Source: Clostridia bacterium
GTDB taxonomy: Bacteria > Bacillota > Clostridia > TANB77 > CAG-508
DNA length: 64,000 bases
Assembly: GCA_900759015.1 (NCBI GenBank)
Contig: CAAEUE010000001.1
Location: 45,637-109,636, forward strand
Reading direction: 5' to 3'
Shown here: positions 32,048-42,028 of the stretch, piece after piece
How the letters are laid out: the number at the start of each line of letters is the position of its first letter
Numbering within the stretch: the stretch's first letter is position 1
The notes under the pieces: generated by a model
What the model saw: only the letters and a program-made list of their open reading frames with translations
What the model was told of the DNA's origin: nothing
Databases searched by the model: none
Translations under genes and position numbers: made by a program

Positions 32048-32812
32048 ATGAAAACAAAAAGAATAATTATGATTATAGCAATTATATTAGTAATTGTATT
32101 AATAGGATTAGTAGGATATACGATTTATCAAAAAGCAACATTTACAAAACAAAATCCAGTAGCAACAATGGAAATAGAAGGGTTAGGTACAATGAAAATA
32201 GAGTTATACCCAGATCAAGCTCCAAATACAGTAGCTAATTTTATTACTTTAGCTAATAGAGGATTTTATGATGGGTTAACATTTCATAGAATAGTAAAAG
32301 ACTTCATGGTACAAGGTGGAGATAAAGAAGGAACAGGTTCAGGAGCACCAACATTATCAGATATAAAAGATGGTGGGTCAACTACTGAAAATTATGCTAT
32401 AAAGGGAGAATTTGTACAAAACGGATTTAATAAAAATACCTTAAGACATGAAAAAGGTGTAATATCTATGGCAAGATCAGATTATAGCCAAATGGGATTA
32501 TATGAAGAAGGATATAATTCCGCAGGTTCACAATTTTTCATAATGACAGGTGACAATGCAAGCCTAAATGGATATTATGCAGCATTTGGAAAAGTTATTG
32601 AAGGAATGGATGTATTAGATAAATTAAATGAAACAGAAGTAACAACGTCTGAAAACTCTTCAGATTCAGAAGCAAGTACACCAGTTAATCCACCTGTAAT
32701 AACAAGTGTAAGAGTAGATACTTTTGGGGTAGATTATGGAGCTCCAAAAACAGTAAAACCATTTGATTATAATTCTTATTTGCAACAATTATATAGTGGA
32801 ATGAGTAATTAA
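32048..32812 (+). CDS. Peptidyl-prolyl cis-trans isomerase, cyclophilin type, membrane-anchored
   Basis: N-terminal TM helix, then a cyclophilin domain with FHRIVKDFMVQGGD. Confidence 0.9.
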   Translation: MKTKRIIMIIAIILVIVLIGLVGYTIYQKATFTKQNPVATMEIEGLGTMKIELYPDQAPNTVANFITLANRGFYDGLTFHRIVKDFMVQGGDKEGTGSGAPTLSDIKDGGSTTENYAIKGEFVQNGFNKNTLRHEKGVISMARSDYSQMGLYEEGYNSAGSQFFIMTGDNASLNGYYAAFGKVIEGMDVLDKLNETEVTTSENSSDSEASTPVNPPVITSVRVDTFGVDYGAPKTVKPFDYNSYLQQLYSGMSN

Positions 32813-32816
32813 AAAA

Positions 32817-32848
32817 TAGGGATTTGGGGATGTTCCTCGAAATCCCTA
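32817..32848. repeat. Dispersed palindromic element copy 3 (TAGGGATTTggGGATGTTCCtcgAAATCCCTA) plus T-run
   Basis: Same arms and core as the other copies, followed by TTTTTTG. Located at the cyclophilin gene 3' end. Confidence 0.6.
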
Positions 32849-32944
32849 TTTTTTGTGTAATAAGAAAATTTTTTATGAGGAAAACTTTTTGTAAAATAAA
32901 TAGAATGAGTTTCATATAATATTATATAAGAGAGGTAATGTTAT

Positions 32945-34093
32945 ATGAAAACAGTATATTTTGACCATGCAGCTACAACTGCGGTTGCACCAGAAGTGAA
33001 AGAGGCTATGGAACCATATTTTTGCGAAAATTATGGCAATGCTTCGTCATTATATGAACTTGGATATAAATCCAAAGAAGCAATAAATATAGCAAGAGGA
33101 AATGTGGCAAGAGCAATAAATGCTAAACAAACGGAGATATATTTTACCTCTTGTGGTAGTGAGAGTGACAATTTAGCAATTAAAGGTGTTGCGAGAGCAT
33201 ACAGACAGAAAGGAAATCACATTATTACGAGTAGAATAGAGCATCCAGCAGTTTTAAATACTTGTAGGCAGCTAGAAAGAGAAGGCTTTAGAGTAACTTA
33301 TTTAAATGTTGACGAAAATGGATTTATAGATTTAGAAGAATTAAAAAATAGTATTAATTCAAAAACTATTTTAGTATCCATTATGTTTGCTAATAATGAA
33401 GTAGGAACTATAGAGCCAATAAAAGAAATTTCTAGAATTGTTCATAATAACAACTCAATATTTCATACAGATGCAGTTCAAGCGATAGGAAATGTAAAAA
33501 TAGATGTGAAAGAAATGGGGATAGATTTATTATCAATGTCCGCGCATAAGTTCTATGGGCCAAAAGGGGTAGGTGCTTTATATGTAAGAGATAATATAAA
33601 TTTTATGCAATTACAAAATGGTGGACATCAAGAAAATGATAAAAGAGCAGGGACTGAAAACGTAGCAGGTATTGTTGGATTAGGTAAAGCAATTGAAATG
33701 GCTAATAACAATATTATACAAAATAACGAAAAATTATTAAATTTGAGAAAGTATTGTATAGAACAAATAAAAAATCGAATACCATATATAAGAATAAATG
33801 GTGATTTAAATAATAGATTACCAGGAAATATAAATATTTCTTTTTTATATGTAAATGGTAAAGATTTAGTAAAATTATTAGCCAAAAAAGGAATTTGTAC
33901 TTCTAGTGGTTCTGCTTGTAGCAGTGGACTGCCACAACCATCTCATGTTTTGATTGCAATGGGGCTAGATGAAGACATTGCAAGTAGTGCATTAAGAATA
34001 ACATTGGGAAAAGAAAATACAAAAGAAGATATAGAATATTTCGTAAATGAACTAGAAAAAATAGTTGTAAATTTAAGAACAGAAAGATGTTAA
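32945..34093 (+). CDS. Cysteine desulfurase (NifS/IscS class V aminotransferase)
   Basis: 382 aa with ...YFDHAATT...SCGSESDN...SAHKFYGPKGVGALY... and the catalytic Cys loop SSGSACSS. Confidence 0.9.
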   Translation: MKTVYFDHAATTAVAPEVKEAMEPYFCENYGNASSLYELGYKSKEAINIARGNVARAINAKQTEIYFTSCGSESDNLAIKGVARAYRQKGNHIITSRIEHPAVLNTCRQLEREGFRVTYLNVDENGFIDLEELKNSINSKTILVSIMFANNEVGTIEPIKEISRIVHNNNSIFHTDAVQAIGNVKIDVKEMGIDLLSMSAHKFYGPKGVGALYVRDNINFMQLQNGGHQENDKRAGTENVAGIVGLGKAIEMANNNIIQNNEKLLNLRKYCIEQIKNRIPYIRINGDLNNRLPGNINISFLYVNGKDLVKLLAKKGICTSSGSACSSGLPQPSHVLIAMGLDEDIASSALRITLGKENTKEDIEYFVNELEKIVVNLRTERC

Positions 34094-34152
34094 ATAAATG
34101 TATAAGCAAAAAAGAGAAAGTAGTTTTATACTTTCTCTTTTTAAATATAAAA

Positions 34153-34188
34153 AATCGGGATTTTAGGAACGTCCCCAAAATCCCGATT
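34153..34188. repeat. Dispersed palindromic element copy 4 (AATCGGGATTTTaGGAACGTCCCcAAAATCCCGATT)
   Basis: Extended arms with a GGAACGTCC core, between convergent nifS and the SPFH gene. Confidence 0.6.
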
Positions 34189-34196
34189 GATTAATT

Positions 34197-35156
34197 TTAT
34201 TGGTCTTTTGCGATATCTTTTAATTTTTTATCTACTGCTTTTTTTTCTCCATCTTTAATAACTTCAGTAGCAGCTCCTAAACCACTTAATGCAGCAGTTG
34301 CTTCGAAAGGAATAAATACTTTGTTAGCATCACCTTTAGCAACTTCTTCAAGAGCTTCTAAAGATTTAATTTGAATAAGTTTTTCGTCTGGGTCTGCTTT
34401 TTTTATTGCTGCATAAACCATTCTTACTTCTTCTGCTTTAGCTTCAGCTACTTTTCTGATTGCTTCAGCTTCACCGGCAGCTCTTCTAATTTGAGCTTCT
34501 TTATCAGCTTCTGCCTCTAGGATAGCTGCAGCTTTTTTACCTTCGGCAAGTGTAATTGCAGATTGTCTTTCACCTTCAGATTGTAAAATTAAAGCTCTTT
34601 TATTTCTTTCTGCGTTCATTTGTTTTTCCATTGCATCCCTAATATCTTCTGGTGGATTAATATCTTTAATTTCAACTCTATCTATTTTACAACCCCATTT
34701 ATCTGTTGCTTCGTCCAAAATAGATCTTAATTTTTGGTTTATTAAATCTCTTGAACTAAATGTTTCGTCTAATGTCATTTTACCAACAATATCACGAATT
34801 GTTGTTATTGCTAGATATTCAATACCTTTCTTTAAAGATTGAATTTCATAAACTGCTTTTGCAGGATCTGTTATTTGGTAGAACACAACAGTGTCTATTG
34901 TAATTGTAACGTTATCTTGAGTAATAACGCCTTGAGGTGGTATATCCATTGTTTGTTGTTTTAAACTAACTACGCTACGTACATGGTCTACAAAAGGGAA
35001 AATTATTGTAAGACCAGCATCTGCAACTTTATGAAATTTACCTAATCTTTCAATTATATAAACTTCAGATTGTTTAACTACTTTTATTGATTTATAAGCG
35101 ATTATAGCAATAAAAAGTATTAAAATTATTAAAAATATAATTCCTCCCATTTTCAT
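34197..35156 (-). CDS. SPFH/band-7 (stomatin/prohibitin-like) membrane protein
   Basis: N-terminal TM helix, an SPFH domain and an A/E/K-rich coiled-coil C-terminus. Confidence 0.85.
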   Translation of the reverse strand: MKMGGIIFLIILILFIAIIAYKSIKVVKQSEVYIIERLGKFHKVADAGLTIIFPFVDHVRSVVSLKQQTMDIPPQGVITQDNVTITIDTVVFYQITDPAKAVYEIQSLKKGIEYLAITTIRDIVGKMTLDETFSSRDLINQKLRSILDEATDKWGCKIDRVEIKDINPPEDIRDAMEKQMNAERNKRALILQSEGERQSAITLAEGKKAAAILEAEADKEAQIRRAAGEAEAIRKVAEAKAEEVRMVYAAIKKADPDEKLIQIKSLEALEEVAKGDANKVFIPFEATAALSGLGAATEVIKDGEKKAVDKKLKDIAKDQ

Positions 35157-35163
35157 TCTCCTT

Positions 35164-35622
35164 TTATTTATTTTCTATATTATTAGATGGCATTTGATAA
35201 TTACTTGCAACACAAGCTTTTACACCATCTATACCAATAATTTCTACTTTAGAACCTTTTGGAATAGTTAAGTTTGGATCCATTGTTTTAGCAGACCAAA
35301 TTTCTCCATCTACATTAATTTGACCTGTAGAATTTAGTAAAGAGATTTCTTCTGTAACTAAAGCTGTTTTACCAATAATTGCATTAGAATTTGTTACTGT
35401 ATTATCATTTTTTGTATATTTTGATAGTAATGGTCTTGTAAATATAAGAAGTAAGACTGATACTATTACAAAAACCAAAATTTGAATAAATAAATTGGTT
35501 GTTAAAAAACTAACTAACATAGCTACAACTGCTGCTATTGCAAACCATAATAGCAAAAAACCAGCTGTTAAAATTTCGCCTACAAACAGCACTCCAGCTA
35601 TTACTAACCAAGCTAACCACAT
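35164..35622 (-). CDS. NfeD-family membrane protein (SPFH partner)
   Basis: 152 aa with N-terminal TM helices and a C-terminal OB-fold-like domain. Immediately upstream of the SPFH gene, the canonical pairing. Confidence 0.8.
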   Translation of the reverse strand: MWLAWLVIAGVLFVGEILTAGFLLLWFAIAAVVAMLVSFLTTNLFIQILVFVIVSVLLLIFTRPLLSKYTKNDNTVTNSNAIIGKTALVTEEISLLNSTGQINVDGEIWSAKTMDPNLTIPKGSKVEIIGIDGVKACVASNYQMPSNNIENK

Positions 35623-35788
35623 AAAGATTCCCCCTTACACAATTCATTAAAATTATACCATAAATCCCCATAAAAGTAAAGAAGAAACAAATATTTATGT
35701 TAAGTACGAATATTTTTAAAAATTTTATTCACTAATTTATTATTTTATGATAATATAAGAAAGAATTTATAAAATAAGGAGAATACAA

Positions 35789-37486
35789 ATGGCAAAAAGA
35801 ATGAAAGAAAAAAACGAAAGAAATAGTTCAAAATTAATTTTAAATATATTTATAGTACTTGTATTTCTTGTATTGTTAGGTGGAGTCTTTTATCTTTCTC
35901 CTAATTATATAAGAGAGGATTACGATGGAAAAGCTAAAGTTTTAATAAATAACAATAATGTTACATTAAAAATGAAAAATGATGTATATATAGATGAAAA
36001 CAATAATGTATTCCTTTCTTTAGCTGATATAAGAAATTATTTTGACAAATATATAGAGTATAACAAAGAAAATGGAGATATTGTAACTACATCAGAAATA
36101 AACATAGCAAAAATGAGTACAAAAAATAATGAAATTACTATAAATGGTGAAGAAGAGGAGTTAAATTCTTCTGCAATAGAAAAAAACGATACAATATATT
36201 TACCTTTTTCAGAAATAAGTGAGAAAGTATATGATGTTGACTTAGAATATATACAAGATACAAATACTATTATTATAGATTCATTAGATAGAAAACAGGA
36301 TGTAGCAAATACAACTAAAGAAACAAAATTAAAATATAAACCTCAAATTTTGTCAGGAACTTTAGAAAAGTTAGAAGCTAATGAACAAGTAGTATATATA
36401 GAAGAAACAAACAATTGGGTAGAAGTAAGAGCAAAAGATGGAACGATAGGTTATATAAAGAAAGAAGATTTAGGTAATATAGAAGTAGCAAGAGAAGCTA
36501 AAGAATATATAGATAAAGTAGAAGGAAAAGTTAATTTAGTTTGGGATTACTATTCTGAATATGCAAAGGCTCCAGACAGAACAGGAGAAACTATGGATGG
36601 AGTAAATGTAGTATCACCATCATTTTTCTCTTTAGAAAGAGGAAGTAATGGCGAAATATATGATAATGCTAAAGATGACGGAGCTGAATATATTGAATGG
36701 GCACACAACAATAATTATCAGGTCTGGGCAATGTTTTCTAATAATTCATTAAAAGATACAACATCTAAAATATTAAATGACTATGAAAAAAGAGAAGCTA
36801 TGATTGAAAATTTAATGAATTTAGTAGAAGAATACAATTTAGATGGAGTAAATGTAGATTTTGAAAATATGAATGAATCAGATAAAGATGAATATTCTAG
36901 ATTTATAATAGAATTAGCTCCAAGGTTAAAAAAGGTTGGAAAAACATTATCTGTAGATGTAACTGCTCCAGATGGATCAGAAACTTGGTCTTTGTGTTTT
37001 GATAGAAATACAATTGCAAATGTTGCAGATTATATAGTATTTATGGCATATGACCAATATGGTACAAGCTCTAATAAAGCTGGTACAACAGCAGGATATA
37101 ATTGGGTTGAGGCAAATATAAAGAAATTTTTAGGCCAAGAAGATGTAGATCCAGAAAAAATTATATTAGGAATACCACTATATATGAGATTATGGGAAGA
37201 AGAGGAAGATGGAACCGCTAAACCAGAAGTAGTTAATATGAAAGATATGTTTGATGTACTTCCAGAAAACCAAGAAGCAACATGGGATGAGGAACTAAAA
37301 CAATACTATGTTGAATATGTAGAAGATGGAAAAACATATAAAATGTGGGTTGAAAATGAAAAATCAGTAGGCGAAAAAATAAATTTAGCAAACCAATATA
37401 ATTTAGCAGGAATAGCTTTTTGGGAAAAAGATAGAGAAACCAATGATGAATTTTGGACATTTGTAAAAGAACAATTAAATAAGTAA
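35789..37486 (+). CDS. Glycoside hydrolase family 18 protein with SH3-like domain (YaaH/YdhD-like spore peptidoglycan hydrolase)
   Basis: N-terminal TM helix, a copper-amine-oxidase-N-like/SH3b region, and a GH18 domain (LDGVNVDFENMN...). Confidence 0.8.
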   Translation: MAKRMKEKNERNSSKLILNIFIVLVFLVLLGGVFYLSPNYIREDYDGKAKVLINNNNVTLKMKNDVYIDENNNVFLSLADIRNYFDKYIEYNKENGDIVTTSEINIAKMSTKNNEITINGEEEELNSSAIEKNDTIYLPFSEISEKVYDVDLEYIQDTNTIIIDSLDRKQDVANTTKETKLKYKPQILSGTLEKLEANEQVVYIEETNNWVEVRAKDGTIGYIKKEDLGNIEVAREAKEYIDKVEGKVNLVWDYYSEYAKAPDRTGETMDGVNVVSPSFFSLERGSNGEIYDNAKDDGAEYIEWAHNNNYQVWAMFSNNSLKDTTSKILNDYEKREAMIENLMNLVEEYNLDGVNVDFENMNESDKDEYSRFIIELAPRLKKVGKTLSVDVTAPDGSETWSLCFDRNTIANVADYIVFMAYDQYGTSSNKAGTTAGYNWVEANIKKFLGQEDVDPEKIILGIPLYMRLWEEEEDGTAKPEVVNMKDMFDVLPENQEATWDEELKQYYVEYVEDGKTYKMWVENEKSVGEKINLANQYNLAGIAFWEKDRETNDEFWTFVKEQLNK

Positions 37487-37527
37487 TATAAAATCACCTT
37501 ATTCATATAAATGAGTAAGGTGATTTT

Positions 37528-38346
37528 ATGATTGGTTATGTTATATCAAAAAACGAAAAGAATTTTTTTAAAAAACTTTTTAATATGTTAGAAATTGAGA
37601 AATTTGAAAATGGAATAAAATATATGATTCCTAAATTTAATGATAAGCTTTTGAAACAACTAAAAAAAGATAATATAAAAAATATTGTAATATCAAAAAA
37701 AGATAAACAAAATAAAGAATTTATTAATAATATATATTCAAATAATATGAATATTTTAGATGGGAAAATATTATTTAAACATTTAATACCACAAATAGTG
37801 GAATATTTATCAGAAGTTTTGGAAACTAATATAGAGGATATAGAAATTACTATATTGGTAAATGACTACTCAAGAATTAATTTATATTATATAAATGAAC
37901 TAATTTATAATACAAAAAGAATCAATATTATTACTAATAATGTTAAAAAGTTTAAATCTTTTGCAGATAGTTTATATACAGAAGAAGCAATTACAGTACC
38001 TGTAATGAATAATAAAAATAAAAGTTTAATAAATAAAAAATATATAATAAATATTGATTTTACAGAAGAACAACTAAAGAAATATAAAGTAAATAGAAAT
38101 GCTACAATTATAAATATAGAAAATAATATAGAAGAAATAAATAAAACATTTACAGGAATAAGTATAAATAATTATGAGTTAAATATAAAAAAACAAGAGA
38201 ATGATTTTGAATTAAATGAAATATATGAATCATATATAATAGGAAAGAAAATAGAAGAAATACAAAGGAAATTACAGGAAGATAATATAAAAATCGTTAA
38301 TTTTATAGGAAAAAGAGGAATTATAAATGTTAATGAATATAAATAA
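37528..38346 (+). CDS. Hypothetical N/K/I-rich protein
   Basis: 272 aa of low complexity. No motif. Confidence 0.45.
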   Translation: MIGYVISKNEKNFFKKLFNMLEIEKFENGIKYMIPKFNDKLLKQLKKDNIKNIVISKKDKQNKEFINNIYSNNMNILDGKILFKHLIPQIVEYLSEVLETNIEDIEITILVNDYSRINLYYINELIYNTKRINIITNNVKKFKSFADSLYTEEAITVPVMNNKNKSLINKKYIINIDFTEEQLKKYKVNRNATIINIENNIEEINKTFTGISINNYELNIKKQENDFELNEIYESYIIGKKIEEIQRKLQEDNIKIVNFIGKRGIINVNEYK

Positions 38347-38429
38347 AAAAAATAAAAAACAGTACTTGACAAAAGAAAAATATTGACTTAATATAATGCA
38401 GTAATAAATTATTCAGGAGGGATGACATA

Positions 38430-38918
38430 ATGGGCGATAACAACAAAGAAATTCTACTAACCGAAGAAGGATATAAAAAAATGGAAGCTGAACTAGAAAA
38501 GTTAAAAACTGAAACTAGAGCAGAAATAGCTGAAAGAATAAAAGTTGCTTTAGGATTTGGAGACCTTTCAGAAAATTCAGAATATGATGAAGCAAAAACA
38601 GCGCAAGCAGCGAATGAAGATAAAATAGCGGAATTAGAAGCAAAGTTAAGATTTGCTAAAATTATAGATGATTCAGAAATAGATACAAGTAAAGTACAAA
38701 TAGGAAATACAGTTAAAGTTTTAGATATGGAATTTGATGAAGAGGTCGAATATACAATAGTAGGAACAACAGAAGCAGATATTACACAAAATAAAATTTC
38801 AAATGAATCTCCAATAGGTTCAGCTTTATTAGGTGCAAAGAAAAATCAAGTAGTAGAAGTTCAAGTACCAGCAGGTGTATGCAAATATAAAATTTTATCT
38901 ATAACAAAAGCACAATAA
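38430..38918 (+). CDS. greA: Transcription elongation factor GreA
   Basis: 162 aa with an N-terminal coiled coil and a C-terminal FKBP-like domain. RBS GGAGGG. Promoter-like TTGACA at about 38366. Confidence 0.95.
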   Translation: MGDNNKEILLTEEGYKKMEAELEKLKTETRAEIAERIKVALGFGDLSENSEYDEAKTAQAANEDKIAELEAKLRFAKIIDDSEIDTSKVQIGNTVKVLDMEFDEEVEYTIVGTTEADITQNKISNESPIGSALLGAKKNQVVEVQVPAGVCKYKILSITKAQ

Positions 38919-38941
38919 TTAAATAACGATTTATCTTTACT

Positions 38942-38981
38942 AAAATATACATTAAACCTAAAAGTTTAATGTATATTTTTA
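38942..38981 (+). terminator. Terminator after greA
   Basis: Stem AAAATATACATTAAAC / GTTTAATGTATATTTT followed by T. Confidence 0.55.
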
Positions 38982-39114
38982 CGTTTTATAATATAAAAAG
39001 TAAGGTTTTAGACTATTATATTGAAAAACGTATAACGATTATGGTAAAATATAGCTTGAATAAAGCATATTCCACATGTTTTTGAATATAAATATTATAA
39101 AGAGGGGTGGAAAA

Positions 39115-39255
39115 CATGGAATATGCAAAAGACGAAATTTTTACCATAGAATATAGTAAGGAAAAACATAAAAAGATTAACAATAATAATATAATTGGAT
39201 TATTATTTTCTATAGGGGGAATATTTTGTTTAGCTAATATAATAGCTATATATAA
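39115..39255 (+). CDS. Small hydrophobic protein (46 aa), putative
   Basis: MEYAKDEIFTIEYSKEKHKKINNNNIIGLLFSIGGIFCLANINSYI with an AGAGGGGTGG RBS. It overlaps an antisense 143-aa track ORF that has no RBS. Confidence 0.3.
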
Positions 39256-39296
39256 CTTTTTTAAAATATTATCAAATATGTAATTGGAGATGAAAT

Positions 39297-40163
39297 ATGA
39301 AAATAGCAGATAATTGGAAAGATTATGAAATATTAGATATGGCAGATGGTGAAAAATTAGAAAGATGGGGAAATATATTTTTAATAAGGCCAGACCCACA
39401 AATAATATGGAAAGAAAAATCGTTTGTAGAAAAATGGAAAAATGCATATGGAATATATAATAGAAGTAAGACTGGAGGAGGAAGCTGGAATTTTAAAAAG
39501 AAAGTTCCAGAGAGTTGGCAGATAAAATATAAAAATTTAACATTTAACATAAAGCCTATGGGATTTAAACATACAGGGCTTTTTCCTGAACAAGCTGTTA
39601 ATTGGGATTGGATGATTAATAAAATAAAAAATAGTAAAAGAGATATAAAAGTATTAAATTTATTTGCTTATACTGGTGGTGCTACTGTTGCATGCCTTTC
39701 AGCAGGAGCTTCTGTTTGTCATGTAGATAGTTCTAAAGGAATGGTAAGTTGGTCAAAAGAAAATGTTAATGCATCTGGACTAAAAGAAAAACCAGTTCGT
39801 TATATAGTAGATGATGTAGAGAAATTCGTAAATAGAGAAATAAGAAGAGGAAATAAGTATGATGCAATTATAATGGATCCACCATCATATGGTAGAGGAA
39901 CTAAAGGAGAAGTTTGGCGTTTTGAGGAAGATATAGCAGATTTAGTGAATTTATGTACTAATGTTCTTTCAGATAAACCTTTATTTTTCCTAATAAATTC
40001 ATATACTACAGGAATTTCTGCTAAAGTGTTAGAAAATATATTAAGACTTAATATAAAAAATAATGGAAAGTTTGAATCTGGAGAGATAGGACTACCTATG
40101 ACAAACTCAAAACTTGTACTTCCTTGCGGAATATATGGCAGATGGGAGGAAGCTAATGCTTAA
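39297..40163 (+). CDS. Class I SAM-dependent rRNA methyltransferase (RlmI/YwbD-like)
   Basis: FAYTGGATVAC (SAM motif I) and DAIIMDPPSYGRG (motif IV). Confidence 0.8.
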   Translation: MKIADNWKDYEILDMADGEKLERWGNIFLIRPDPQIIWKEKSFVEKWKNAYGIYNRSKTGGGSWNFKKKVPESWQIKYKNLTFNIKPMGFKHTGLFPEQAVNWDWMINKIKNSKRDIKVLNLFAYTGGATVACLSAGASVCHVDSSKGMVSWSKENVNASGLKEKPVRYIVDDVEKFVNREIRRGNKYDAIIMDPPSYGRGTKGEVWRFEEDIADLVNLCTNVLSDKPLFFLINSYTTGISAKVLENILRLNIKNNGKFESGEIGLPMTNSKLVLPCGIYGRWEEANA

Positions 40164-40836
40164 TATATTATATGAAGACAATCATATTATTGTAGTTGTT
40201 AAAGAACCAGGAATTCCATCACAAGCAGATAAAACCAAAGATGATGATATGCTTACAATTATAAAAGCATATTTAAAAGAAAAATATAATAAGCCAGGAA
40301 ATGTTTATTTAGGACTAGTTCATAGATTAGATAGGTCTGTTGGAGGAGTTATGGTATTTGCCAAAACTTCTAAAGCTGCTTCAAGATTAAGTGAACAAGT
40401 TAGGAATAAACAGGTTGAGAAAAATTATATTGCTGTGGTAAAAGGAAAAATGGAAAATTCAAATGGAGTTATGCAAGATTATTTGATAAAAGATGAAAGA
40501 AAGAATAAATCTTTTGTTACAGGTAAAAATACAAAAAATGCTAAATATTCAGAATTGGAATATGAAGTTTTAAAATATGATGATGCAATAAATATGAGTT
40601 TAGTAAAAATTAATCTAAAAACAGGAAGGCACCATCAAATAAGAGTTCAATTTTCTAGTAGAGGACATGCTCTTTGTGGAGATACTAAATATGGTACAAG
40701 GAGTAGGAGTAAACAATTAGCTTTGTGGTCATATAAATTAAAATTTTATCACCCAACAACAAAAAATGAAATGGAATTTAAATATTTTCCAGAAATAAAG
40801 GGTGTGTGGAATATATTAAAAAATATAAATATATAA
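40156..40836 (+). CDS. RluA-family pseudouridine synthase
   Basis: ILYEDNHIIVVVKEPGIPSQ...GLVHRLDRSVGGVMVFAKT catalytic Asp motif. ATG 40156 overlaps the upstream gene by 8 nt. Confidence 0.9.
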   Translation: MLNILYEDNHIIVVVKEPGIPSQADKTKDDDMLTIIKAYLKEKYNKPGNVYLGLVHRLDRSVGGVMVFAKTSKAASRLSEQVRNKQVEKNYIAVVKGKMENSNGVMQDYLIKDERKNKSFVTGKNTKNAKYSELEYEVLKYDDAINMSLVKINLKTGRHHQIRVQFSSRGHALCGDTKYGTRSRSKQLALWSYKLKFYHPTTKNEMEFKYFPEIKGVWNILKNINI

Positions 40837-40840
40837 AAAA

Positions 40841-40867
40841 GCTCAATTTTAAAATTGAGCTTTTTTT
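40841..40867 (+). terminator. Terminator after rluA
   Basis: GCTCAATTTT / AAAATTGAGC followed by TTTTTTT. Confidence 0.6.
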
Positions 40868-41141
40868 ATGTAAGAAATCTTTGTAAAAAATATTATTCTA
40901 AAATGTTGAAATTTATTTACTGATAGAAAAACGGTAATATATTTTTATAAAAAGTAATAGTTTAACAAAAAAATGATATGTTAAACTATAGTTTTATTTG
41001 TGAAAATGATATTTTTGTATGTAAAATAAAATTTAAAAGATTTAGCATATTCAAATAATATTTTTACAAACAAAAATGAATAAGTGAAATTTTTAAAATT
41101 ATAATAATTTCAGATAAAGAAAAAAGAAATGAGGAATAAAT

Positions 41142-41747
41142 GTGATAGAAACAATTTGTAATTCATTAACTAAAAAGATAATAAAATCAGTTGATGGATA
41201 TGATGAAAGTAAAGCTGATGAGATTAGTTATGGTTTGCAATTATTAATTGGAGAAGTACCAAAATTTTTTATTACATTTATATTAGCTTGGCTACTGAAT
41301 ATAATTGACCTAACAATAATTTCTTTTATTATAATTTTACCATATAGAATGTTTTCGGGAGGATTTCATTTACATACACATTTAGGTTGTATTATAGCAA
41401 CAAATACAATGTACATCGGAAGTGCATACTTAGCAAGTATACTAAATTTTGACAGTACAATTAAATATATACTAATAGCAATTACATTTATATTTAGTTT
41501 TGCAATGATTGCCAAATACGCACCAGCAGATACAGAAAATGTTCCTGTATTGCAAAAAAAAGAAAGAAGAAAGCGTAAGATATGGTCATTTATAATTGCT
41601 GGTATAGAATTAGTAATTGCAATATTTATTCCATATAAAGTAATTTCTAATATGATAATTATAGGAATATTAGTACAAACACTAACAATTACGAAATTAG
41701 CATATAAAATTACAAAAAACAAATATGGATATGAAGTATATGGATAG
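41142..41747 (+). CDS. agrB: Accessory gene regulator B (AgrD-processing membrane peptidase)
   Basis: 201 aa polytopic membrane protein with the conserved R..FSGGFH..THLGC motif (catalytic His/Cys). GTG start. Confidence 0.85.
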   Translation: MIETICNSLTKKIIKSVDGYDESKADEISYGLQLLIGEVPKFFITFILAWLLNIIDLTIISFIIILPYRMFSGGFHLHTHLGCIIATNTMYIGSAYLASILNFDSTIKYILIAITFIFSFAMIAKYAPADTENVPVLQKKERRKRKIWSFIIAGIELVIAIFIPYKVISNMIIIGILVQTLTITKLAYKITKNKYGYEVYG

Positions 41748-41797
41748 TAATAGAGGAAAGACCTCTTGCTATATAAATTAAAAAGGGGGGAATTAAT

Positions 41798-41917
41798 ATG
41801 TTAAAATTCTTAGCAAGATTAGCAGAAAAATATGCTAAATCATCTAACACAGCATGTTTTGTTTTAGGAATAATACATCAACCAAAAATGCCAGCTAGTA
41901 TGATAAAAAAAGACTAG
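41798..41917 (+). CDS. agrD: AgrD-like autoinducing peptide precursor (39 aa)
   Basis: MLKFLARLAEKYAKSSNTACFVLGIIHQPKMPASMIKKD, made up of an amphipathic leader, a Cys-containing core (CFVLG) and a conserved HQP...charged tail. RBS AAAGGGGGG. Located immediately 3' of agrB. Confidence 0.65.
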   Translation: MLKFLARLAEKYAKSSNTACFVLGIIHQPKMPASMIKKD

Positions 41918-41993
41918 AATCAAAACTAATCAAAAAACGACAAAAAATACCTAATTATTTAGGTATTTTAATTTTGTTTAAAATTAGTAAAAA

Positions 41994-42027
41994 AATAAAG
42001 TATGTTATACATACTTTATTTTTTTAT
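41994..42027. terminator. Bidirectional terminator between convergent agrBD and agrCA-like operons
   Basis: Stem AAAGTATG / CATACTTT with an A-run 5' and a T-run 3'. An additional hairpin lies at 41944..41975. Confidence 0.5.
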
Positions 42028-42028
42028 A

